Origin: Acidimicrobiales bacterium
GTDB lineage: Bacteria; Actinomycetota; Acidimicrobiia; Acidimicrobiales; Bog-793
DNA length: 64,000 nucleotides
NCBI GenBank assembly: GCA_050008715.1
Contig: JBEKMC010000010.1
Coordinates: 10,545 to 74,544 of the forward strand
Reading direction: 5' to 3'
Shown here: positions 38,545 to 46,496 of the stretch, piece after piece
Numbering within the stretch: position 1 is the first letter of the stretch
Layout: each line of letters starts with the position of its first letter
Notes under the pieces: model-generated
The model's input: the letters and a program-made list of their open reading frames with translations, nothing else
Databases searched by the model: none
What the model was told of the DNA's origin: nothing
Program-made: the position numbers and the translations under genes

Positions 38545-38591
38545 CTGTCAGTATAGACTGACATTGGCGATTTGTCAACCTAAACTGACAG
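38545..38591 (-). promoter_or_regulatory. Near-consensus sigma-70 promoter (TTGACA-17-TATACT) with ACTGACA operator repeats; the transcript is predicted to be leaderless
   Basis: On the - strand: TTGACA (38578-38573), a 17-nt spacer, TATACT (38555-38550), then 7 nt to ATG 38542. The ACTGACA motif occurs at 38557-63 and 38584-90, and inverted at 38545-52. Confidence 0.65.
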
Positions 38592-38661
38592 AACAGATCG
38601 CCGCACCGGAGTGCCCCAGATGGCAACGGGGTGTCTCTGCCGGCACCGTGCGACTGTGCGA

Positions 38662-40098
38662 CTATGCGAGCTGTTCGCTCGCGAGCTTGGCCCCCACCCG
38701 GAAGGCCTCCTCGTTGAGCGGGATCATGGCGCACTTGTCGTGCAGTGCAGCCCGGATGGCGGTGAGGAAGCTCTCGACAGGAAGGACTTTCGTCGCTCCC
38801 TGCAGGGCGCCGAGAGCCACGACGTTCTTGACGACGACGGCGCCGAGGTCTTTGGCAACCGTGGCAAAGGGTACGGCCACCGTCCGCACGCCGGCCGGGA
38901 GGCCGTCGGGCGGCCCGCTGATGACGGAACTGTCGTAGATGACGATCCCGCCCGCCAGCACGGTCGGGCCGAACTTCGCCAGGCTGGGAGCGTTGAACGC
39001 TACGAGCACGTGCGGGTGAGGAGCCGACGGCGAGAGCACCTCGTGCGCTGCCACGTGGACGTCGGCGTACGAAGTGCCGCCGCGAGACTCCGGTCCATAG
39101 CTCGGGATGTGCGTCGCGTCGTAGCCTTCGTTGATCGCCGCCCGAGTGAGGATCATCGCCGCCGTCTGAGCGCCGTCGCCGCCGGACCCGGCAAACTTCA
39201 AGCTGATGTCCTCCGGGTCGATGTGGGTCGGGAACCTCTCGGCAAACCGAGGCGGCCGCTCGAGGGTGGCGTTCACGACGCCCAGTGCTGCTTCGGCCTC
39301 GAAGGTCGCCGTCGGGATGACGGGGTATGTCGGTTCGTCCGTGGTGTCCTTCTTCACGCCGAGCGGGAAGATCGGCACCATGTTGTCCTTCACCCAGTTC
39401 TCCGCCTCCTCGGGGTCGAGACCGAGGTAGAGCGGGCACTCGGAGAGGACCTCGATGAAGGCGAAGCCGGTACCGGCGACCTGCAGCTCGAGAGCCTTCT
39501 TGATGGCGCGCTTGGCGTGAGTCCGCCGCCGATTGTCGTAGAGGGCGACACGTTCGACGTACACGGGCCCGTCCAATCCGCCGATCAACTCCGCCATCTT
39601 CAACGGCTGACCGGCCGAGAGTGTGCGGCCCGCCGGGGTGGTGCTCGTCTGCTGGCCGATGAGCGTCGTCGGAGCCATCTGACCGCCGGTCATTCCGTAG
39701 ATGGCGTTGTTGATGAAGATGACGGTGATCGGGATGCCGAGCTGGGCGGTGCTGACAATCTCGGCGAGACCGATGGAGGCGAGATCGCCGTCACCCTGAT
39801 AGGAGATCACGATCGAGTCTGGGTTCGCCGTCTTCTGGCCGATCGCAACTGCCGGAGCGCGGCCGTGGGCGGCCTGGGTGTTGCCGACGTCGAAGTAGTA
39901 GTACGAGAAGACCGAGCAACCGACGGGCGACACGAGGACCGTGCGGTCCTGCACGCCGAGCTCGTCGATGGCCTCAGCGAGGTATTTCTGAGCAAGGCCA
40001 TGCCCGCAGCCCGGGCAGTAGGTCGTCGAGTGGGCGTTGAGCCCCTCGGCGTGGGCATGGCGCTCGAACTGGCGGTAGAAGACCGAAGTCGGCATCAC
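38662..40098 (-). CDS. 2-oxoacid:ferredoxin oxidoreductase, fused beta (TPP-binding) + gamma subunit
   Basis: Beta part: YCPGCGHG and GDGD...IG. Gamma part: FAGSGGDGAQTAAMIL...GPESRGG. 478 aa. Confidence 0.85.
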   Translation of the reverse strand: MMPTSVFYRQFERHAHAEGLNAHSTTYCPGCGHGLAQKYLAEAIDELGVQDRTVLVSPVGCSVFSYYYFDVGNTQAAHGRAPAVAIGQKTANPDSIVISYQGDGDLASIGLAEIVSTAQLGIPITVIFINNAIYGMTGGQMAPTTLIGQQTSTTPAGRTLSAGQPLKMAELIGGLDGPVYVERVALYDNRRRTHAKRAIKKALELQVAGTGFAFIEVLSECPLYLGLDPEEAENWVKDNMVPIFPLGVKKDTTDEPTYPVIPTATFEAEAALGVVNATLERPPRFAERFPTHIDPEDISLKFAGSGGDGAQTAAMILTRAAINEGYDATHIPSYGPESRGGTSYADVHVAAHEVLSPSAPHPHVLVAFNAPSLAKFGPTVLAGGIVIYDSSVISGPPDGLPAGVRTVAVPFATVAKDLGAVVVKNVVALGALQGATKVLPVESFLTAIRAALHDKCAMIPLNEEAFRVGAKLASEQLA

Positions 40099-41492
40099 CG
40101 CACCTCCTGCAGGCTCAGGACGTGCTCGACGATCTCGTCCTGCGACGGGAGGATTCCACCCATGCGGCGCACGTGGCTCATGGGCGGCGGCGCGTGGACG
40201 CCGGCGTGGCTGAGGGCAAGGCGAAGCTCGTCTTCCAGCTGGCCGCTGCTCGCCTCAACGATGACGAGGTGCCCCACTCGGTCGAGCAGGGTGAGGAGGG
40301 CATCGATCGGGAAGGGCCACAGCGTGATGGGGCGGAAGAGGCCCACCTTCACGCCCTTTTCCCGCAGATCTTTGATGGCGCCTTTCGCCAGCTGCGCCGG
40401 CGTGTTGCACGCCACGAGAACGACGTCTGCGTCCTCGCACCGGTAGATGTCGGCCCGCTGTTCCTGGCGCGTCATCTCCTCGTACTTCTCGTTGAGGTGG
40501 ACGTTGTGCCGCTCGAGGTCGACTTCTGAGAGGTTGATCGAGCAGATCAGGTTGCCGCGGTGCGAGCGGTCGCCGAACACGGCCCACTCGGGGACCCCCG
40601 GCACGACCATCTCGCCTGGGAGCCGCACCTTCCCGGTCATCTGGCCGAGGTATCCGTCGCCCACGATGACGACGGGGTTGCGGTACTTGAAGGCGAGCTC
40701 GAAGGAGAGCATCGCCAGGTCCAGCATCTCCTGTGGCGTCGAGGGGGCCAGCACGATGGCGTGGGTGTTGCCGTGGCCGAGTCCTCGGCAGACGAGTTTG
40801 ATGTCCGCCTGCTCGGGACCGATGTTGCCGAGACCAGGGCCGCCACGCATGATGTTCACGAAGACGGCGGGAACCTCCGAGCCGATCATGTACGAGATGC
40901 CCTCGAGCATCAGGCTGAAGCCCGGCGAGCTCGTGAAGGTCATGCAGCGCTTCCCGGCGCCGCCGGCTCCGTACATCATGTTGACGGTCGCAACTTCGCT
41001 GACGGCCTGCACGAAGACGCCATCGAGCTGGGGCAGAACCTTCGCCATCAGCTCAGCCCCCTCCGTCGACGGGGTGATCGGATACCCGAAGACGTGACGG
41101 CAGCCGGCGAGGAGGGAGCCAACGGCCACGGCGTAGGTTCCTTTCACGACGAGGGGCTCGCGCATCGGCAACGGAAGCGTGCTGTCTGGCCAAGGTTCCG
41201 GCACGGGGGCATCGAACGGCCGCGGCCCGAAGAGTACGGCGGGATCCACCATCTCGAAACCCACCTCGTCACCTTGCGGCCGGAGGCCATAGGGCTCAGG
41301 ACAGGCGTCGTAGCAAAGACCGCACCCGTTGCACTGGGTCAGGTCGAGAACGATCGGCACCAATCCCGTCTCCGGATTGATCTCCGTGCCGAGTGTGAAG
41401 CAGTTCTTGATGCATGAGCTGATGCAGCGCCCGCACCCCTTGCAGTACTCCGGTATGACGAAGGGCCTGGGTCGTTCGGCCACTGTGGTCAT
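40095..41492 (-). CDS. 2-oxoacid:ferredoxin oxidoreductase, fused delta (2x[4Fe-4S]) + alpha subunit
   Basis: The N-terminus has CKGCGRCISSC and CNGCGLCYDACP. An alpha-subunit core follows (GYPITPSTE, MMYGAGGAG). 4-nt overlap with the downstream gene. Confidence 0.85.
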   Translation of the reverse strand: MTTVAERPRPFVIPEYCKGCGRCISSCIKNCFTLGTEINPETGLVPIVLDLTQCNGCGLCYDACPEPYGLRPQGDEVGFEMVDPAVLFGPRPFDAPVPEPWPDSTLPLPMREPLVVKGTYAVAVGSLLAGCRHVFGYPITPSTEGAELMAKVLPQLDGVFVQAVSEVATVNMMYGAGGAGKRCMTFTSSPGFSLMLEGISYMIGSEVPAVFVNIMRGGPGLGNIGPEQADIKLVCRGLGHGNTHAIVLAPSTPQEMLDLAMLSFELAFKYRNPVVIVGDGYLGQMTGKVRLPGEMVVPGVPEWAVFGDRSHRGNLICSINLSEVDLERHNVHLNEKYEEMTRQEQRADIYRCEDADVVLVACNTPAQLAKGAIKDLREKGVKVGLFRPITLWPFPIDALLTLLDRVGHLVIVEASSGQLEDELRLALSHAGVHAPPPMSHVRRMGGILPSQDEIVEHVLSLQEVR

Positions 41493-41731
41493 GGCGTCAT
41501 CTCCTCGGGAAGCTCACGCCGTGAGGCACCGGTGCTGCCGGCGCCCTCGACTCCTGGCAAGAAGCTGCTCCCCCGATGGCCAACACCGGACGAGACACTC
41601 TCACCGAGTCCATCTTCAGCCGGCAGGCGTGACCCGGCTAGGGCCTTTCGGCCGGAAGCAGCCTCCTATCGGGTAGGAATTCGCAGCTAATGGAGCACCA
41701 CGAGAGCTTCGAGTGACCTTCGACCCTACAA

Positions 41732-43903
41732 GTGAGCTCCCGGCTGCGGGAGACTGCAGACGTGGCAGATCCGCGCGGGCAATCGGCAGCCGGCGCGCCA
41801 GACGCCCTGGACGCTTTCCTGCACCCTCACGCCATCGCCGTAGTGGGAGCGAGCAGCGATCCGAACACGATCGCCGGTCTCCTCTTCGCCAACCTCGTCG
41901 ACAGCCGCTTCGGCGGGACCGTGCTGCCGGTGAACCGGAGGCATCCGGAGGTGCAGGGCGTTGCCGCCTACCCGGATCTGGCCTCCTGCCCGGTCGTCCC
42001 CGACCTCGTCATCGTCTGCGTGCCGGCGCCCGCGGTCGCCGGCGTGATCGCCCAAGCCGGCGATCTCGGTGTCACGGCGGTGTGCGTCATCTCAGCCGGG
42101 TTCGCGGAGACGGGACCAGAGGGGGCCAGCCTCGAGGCGGCCGTCAGGTCGGAGTCGGCAGCGAGCGGCGTGCGGCTCGTCGGCCCGAACTGCACCGGGA
42201 TACTCAGTGGCACGGGCGAGGGGCGGTTCAACGCAACATTCAGCCGGGCCGTCCCACCGGCAGGGCGGACGTCCCTCCTCAGCCAGTCAGGAGCCATCGG
42301 GCTGGCCGTGCTGGAGGCGGCGGAGGTGCGCGGCATTGGGATCGGCGGCTTCGTGTCGGTCGGCAACAGCGCCGACGTCGCCTGCAGCGACCTGATCCGG
42401 TACTGGGGGCATGACCCCGATACCGACCTCATCCTCCTGTACCTGGAGTCCATCCCCGACCCGCCCACGTTCATCCAGGTCGCCCGAGAGGTCGGCCGCC
42501 GTATCCCCATCGTGGCCGTGAAGGCGGGCCGCACCGAAGCCGGCTCCCGCGCGGCAACGTCGCACACTGCCGCCCTCTCCGCCGGCGACGTCGCAGTGGA
42601 CGCCTTGTTGCACCAAGCCGGCGTGATGCGGGCGCAGTCCATCGAAGAGATGCTCGACCTTGCCACGCTCTTGAGCTCGCAGCGGCAGTTCGGGGGACGG
42701 CGCGTCGGCGTTGTCACCAACGGGGGCGGGCCGGGCATTCTCGCCGCCGACGCCTGTGAGTCCAACAGGCTCGTCGTGCCGGAGCTGAGCGAGATCACGG
42801 CGGGGCGCTTGCGGTCCTTGCTCCCGGCGGAGGCGAGCGTGTCCAACCCCGTGGACATGATCGCCAGTGCCACCGCTCAGCAATACGGTCAGGTAGTCCG
42901 CATCCTCGCGACGGCATCGGAGATCGACGCCCTCATCGTCATGTTCAACACGCCCCTCGTCACCCGCTCCTCCGAGGTGGCGAGCCAGCTCATCGCCGCC
43001 CGCCGCGAGCTCGGCAGTGAGCTACCGCTCATCACGGTCTTCATGAACAGGGAAGGCCCGCATCCGTCTCTCCTTCGGGCGGGCATCCCGTCCTTCGTGT
43101 TCCCCGAGAACGCCGCCCGCGCCCTCGGGCAGGCGGTCGCATGGGAGAGTCGACGAGGTCAGCCGGTCGGCACGGTCGTCCGTCCCGAGGTGGACGCCCG
43201 CCATGTGCGGGCGCTCGTGGACGCCGCCCGTGGCCGGGCCAATGAGGGCTGGCTGGCAGCGGCGGACTGCCAGGCACTGCTCGACGCCTACGGTATCGAG
43301 GTCGTCCACTCTCGCTACGTGCGAACACCCGACGAGGCGGAGGCCGCTCAGATCGAGCTCGCCGGCGCCGTGGTCGTCAAGATCGCCGCCGCCATCCACA
43401 AGAGTGACGTCGGTGGCATCCGACTCGGAGTGACGACACCGGCGGCGGCTGCCGACGCCGTGCGGGCGATTCGCGCCGACCTCGAGTGGGCCGGGCTGGC
43501 CAGGCTTGCGGGCGAGTTTCTCGTGCAGGAGCAGATCGAGTCGGGCCAGGAGATGATCGTGGGGCTCAACCACGATCCCTCCCTCGGGCCCCTCGTCGTC
43601 GTGGGTTTGGGCGGCACCCTCGCCGAGGTGCTGGGGGACGTCGCCGTCCGGGTCGCACCCCTCACCGACGACGACATCGCCGACATGCTGCAGGCTCTGA
43701 AGTCGTATCGGCTGCTGACCGGGTTTCGGGGATCGCCGGTACTCGATGTCACCGCTCTGCGCTCCGTGATTCGCGGTGTCTCTGCGCTCGGTGACGACGT
43801 GCCGGAGATCGCCGAGATGGACCTCAACCCGGTCTTCATCCTCGAGAAGGGTGCCATCGCCGCCGACGTGCGCATTCGCCTGTCTCAGCCCAGGAACGGC
43901 TGA
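41732..43903 (+). CDS. ADP-forming acyl-CoA synthetase (fused CoA-binding/ligase + ATP-grasp domains)
   Basis: CoA-binding IAVVGASSDPNTIAG. Also VGPNCTG, SQSGAIG and TSHTAALS (phospho-His context). C-terminal ATP-grasp. Start uncertain (GTG 41732 or 41765). Confidence 0.82.
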   Translation: MSSRLRETADVADPRGQSAAGAPDALDAFLHPHAIAVVGASSDPNTIAGLLFANLVDSRFGGTVLPVNRRHPEVQGVAAYPDLASCPVVPDLVIVCVPAPAVAGVIAQAGDLGVTAVCVISAGFAETGPEGASLEAAVRSESAASGVRLVGPNCTGILSGTGEGRFNATFSRAVPPAGRTSLLSQSGAIGLAVLEAAEVRGIGIGGFVSVGNSADVACSDLIRYWGHDPDTDLILLYLESIPDPPTFIQVAREVGRRIPIVAVKAGRTEAGSRAATSHTAALSAGDVAVDALLHQAGVMRAQSIEEMLDLATLLSSQRQFGGRRVGVVTNGGGPGILAADACESNRLVVPELSEITAGRLRSLLPAEASVSNPVDMIASATAQQYGQVVRILATASEIDALIVMFNTPLVTRSSEVASQLIAARRELGSELPLITVFMNREGPHPSLLRAGIPSFVFPENAARALGQAVAWESRRGQPVGTVVRPEVDARHVRALVDAARGRANEGWLAAADCQALLDAYGIEVVHSRYVRTPDEAEAAQIELAGAVVVKIAAAIHKSDVGGIRLGVTTPAAAADAVRAIRADLEWAGLARLAGEFLVQEQIESGQEMIVGLNHDPSLGPLVVVGLGGTLAEVLGDVAVRVAPLTDDDIADMLQALKSYRLLTGFRGSPVLDVTALRSVIRGVSALGDDVPEIAEMDLNPVFILEKGAIAADVRIRLSQPRNG

Positions 43904-45028
43904 GGCATCTCGGCGAGCGCTTCCTCGAGGACGCTGAGCGCCTCCGGCATGTTCGCCCTCCCGAACCCGAAGCGGACGTGAGCGGGTTCGTCGTAGACCG
44001 ATCCCGGAAGGAGCAGGACGCCGGCGGCAGCGAGACGCTCACAGAGCTGGTCGACGTCGCCGAGCCCGCTCACGCGAGGAAAGCCGATGGGGCTGGCCAC
44101 GGGCCGCACCCAATCGAAGACGTCCGGATGACGGCGTAAGAAACCGTCGAGCGCTCCCAGGTTCTGCTTGACGATCCCGCGGTTGCGGGCGAGCAGCTCT
44201 GGGCGGTGACGCAAGGCGAGAGCCGACAGCTGTTCGCTCGGGCCACTGGCACAGATCGTCGTGTAGTGCTTCAAGTCGACCACCGCGCGTCGCAGCCTTT
44301 CGTCGTGCGTGGCGATCCACCCGATGCGAAGCCCAGGCAGGCCGTAGCTCTTCGACACGCTGCCGAGGGAGACCGCTCGCCCGTATCGATCGCACGCAGC
44401 TGGGAGCCGATCGTGCTCGTCATGCTCGAGCTCGCGGTAGACCTCGTCGCAAAAGAGCGTGACGCCGCCCTCCTGTGCGAGCTCGACCACGGCGTCGTAG
44501 GTGTCCCGCTCCATCAAGGTGCCCGTCGGGTTGTGCGGTTGGTTGAGGTACAAGATGCCAGTGCCTGGTCGCAGCAGTCGGCCGAGCCCGTCGAGGTCGT
44601 GCGCCCAGCCGTCCTCGTAGCGCCGCCGCCACTGACTCACCTCGGCGCCCGTGCTGCGGGCGAGCTGCAGGGCGGACTCGTAACACGGCGACTCCACGAC
44701 GGCGTGGTCGCCGGGACCGAGAAGGGCGTGATACACGAGGAAGATCGCCTCCTCGGCGCAGCTCGTCACGACCACCTCGTCGGCTTGAACCGTCTCGTAG
44801 ACGGCCGAGATCGCCTCTCGCAGCTCGAGCGAGCCGGACGACTCGGTGTAGCCGCAGCGCATCTCCAGCAGCTGGTCGCGGGCGCCGGGCTCGAGGCTCA
44901 GCAACTCACCGACGGTCCGCGACTCGCAGTCGCTGCTCGACAGCATGTAGCGGGTCGTGAAGCATGTAGCGGGTCGTGAATTCGTAGCGCTCGTAGTACT
45001 TCTCGATGCGGAACGGAGTGACCTCCAC
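43885..45028 (-). pseudogene. Class I/II PLP aminotransferase gene interrupted by a 19-bp tandem duplication (frameshift)
   Basis: ORF 44906..45091 ends ...VEVTPFRIEKYYERYEFTTRYML, then runs out of frame. ORF 43885..44946 starts MLSSSDCES... and carries SVSKSYGLPGLRIGW. Removing one 19-bp unit joins the two ORFs in frame. GTG 45028 follows AGAAGGGAG. Confidence 0.8.
44942..44979. repeat. Perfect 19-bp tandem duplication (agcatgtagcgggtcgtga x2)
   Basis: 44942-44960 and 44961-44979 are identical, read directly from the sequence. Confidence 0.95.
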
Positions 45029-45172
45029 AGCAGCTCCCTTCTGTGACTCGTGAGCGTAGGTCAGCGACGAAGAAACCCTCCCGCTGCTCACACCGGGGCG
45101 GGAGACTTCTCGAGGAGCGAATCCGGTCGTTGATCGGGCCGCGGAGGCACCGTGGCAAGCATCGAGCGGCGC

Positions 45173-45520
45173 TCAACAGACGTTGAGCTGGGCGCTCCAA
45201 CCCTGACTCGCCGTGTAGTGCGCTGCGAAGAGGAGGCCGTGGGTGCCGCCCACGCTGCCGTCCCACGCGTTGCCCCCCGGATACAGCGGGGAGACGTAGT
45301 GCCAGCTGATCGGCAGTCGGGCTGTGATGCGGGGTGCCGCCGCAGCTCATGCACCCCCAGCTGGCCTCGAGCATATTCTGCAGCCACACGGAAAGATCGG
45401 CGGCGGTCGTCGAGGTGGGCGACGCGATCGTGGTCGAAGTCGCCGTCGTGCTGCTACAGGCGGCAGCCGTCAGGGCCAGAGCAGCCAGCCCGACTCCGAT
45501 CAGCCCGTGAACAAGACCAT
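45173..45520 (-). pseudogene. Small lipoprotein gene that needs two frame corrections (possible pseudogene or homopolymer sequencing errors)
   Basis: ATG 45520 (MVLFTG) stops after 6 codons. The adjacent frame continues LIGVGLAALALTAAACSSTT...WLQNMLEASWGCMSCGG. A third frame then gives ...SWHYVSPLYPGGNAWDGSVGGTHGLLFAAHYTASQGWSAQLNVC up to stop 45173. The likely shift points are at G- and C-runs. Confidence 0.35.
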
Positions 45521-46043
45521 CCCCCTTCGTTGTCGCGTGCCTGACCCGTGGCCACCTTCGGCGGCGGTGCGTGCACGACGACAGAGATCGAGGGTTACGC
45601 TTCCGCGTTCCATCTTGGTGTTGCCCCAGACCCCGGCACTCCGCGCCAGCTTCGCGAGGAGACGTCGAAACTATGGGTCACGAGCCACGAGGCTTACGTT
45701 CGGCTGAGCCGTGAACCGGCCGGTGGCTGTGCGACTCGGCGTCCCCGAGGCAACGGCGACGAACAGCATCCTCTCCGGGCTGATCCGCCTGGGTAGAGCG
45801 TCCGCGTGATGAACACCTTCCGTCGACTCTCGGTTCGACAGGCCGTCAACAGCCGACGCGCCCCGCGTCGCCGGGTGCTCCGCCCACGGAATGGATTGAT
45901 ACCGCGCGTGCTCCGGAGGCTTCATCTCCTGAGTTGAGGCTGAGGCACGGCGCCAGCCTGCGATCCGGGACACGGCTCGGAGTCGACAAGACGGCAACGG
46001 CGCTGGTTGAGCGAAGGACGGCACGGAGACATAGGGTCCGACG

Positions 46044-46442
46044 ATGGACTTCATGCGCCCCGTCTCGCCCCGAATGCTGGCGGCAGTGTTCATCCTCAGC
46101 GGGACGACGCACCTCGTACGGCCACAGGTGTTCGATGCCCTGATGCCTCGAGTTCTCCCGAAGGGCTCGCATCGCGGGCTCATCTATGCGAGCGGTGCTG
46201 CTGAGCTCGCGTGCGCGTTCGGCCTGCTTCTGCAGAGAAGATGGGCCGGATCGCTCAGCGTCCTCGTGCTGGCGGCGGTGTGGCCCGCCAACCTGCAGAT
46301 GGCACTCGACGCCGGCACCGGCCGCCATCCCGGTCTCGCCGACAGCGGCATCGTCGCGTGGGGTCGCCTCCCTCTCCAGATCCCGATGCTGCAAGCCGCA
46401 TGGAGGGCACGCTCGGTGAGTGCCTCGCCGATGCAGGGCTGA
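46044..46442 (+). CDS. DoxX-like small membrane protein
   Basis: 132 aa with four hydrophobic segments. The pattern ...HLVRPQVFDALMP...GLIYASGAAELACAFGLL...VWPANLQMA is typical of this actinobacterial family. Confidence 0.7.
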   Translation: MDFMRPVSPRMLAAVFILSGTTHLVRPQVFDALMPRVLPKGSHRGLIYASGAAELACAFGLLLQRRWAGSLSVLVLAAVWPANLQMALDAGTGRHPGLADSGIVAWGRLPLQIPMLQAAWRARSVSASPMQG

Positions 46443-46496
46443 CTGGTACGGTGCGCCGGGCCATCAGTGACACACCCCCGGGCTACCCTCGCGCCC

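Noticed and set aside
38611-40446. 611-aa plus-strand ORF across the kor genes.
   Set aside because: Antisense artefact. The minus strand encodes the TPP-binding, gamma and ferredoxin motifs of an OFOR.
45548-45796. 82-aa plus-strand ORF in the 0.5-kb gap.
   Set aside because: No RBS, no recognisable motif and odd composition. The region is treated as non-coding pending an RNA or homology search.
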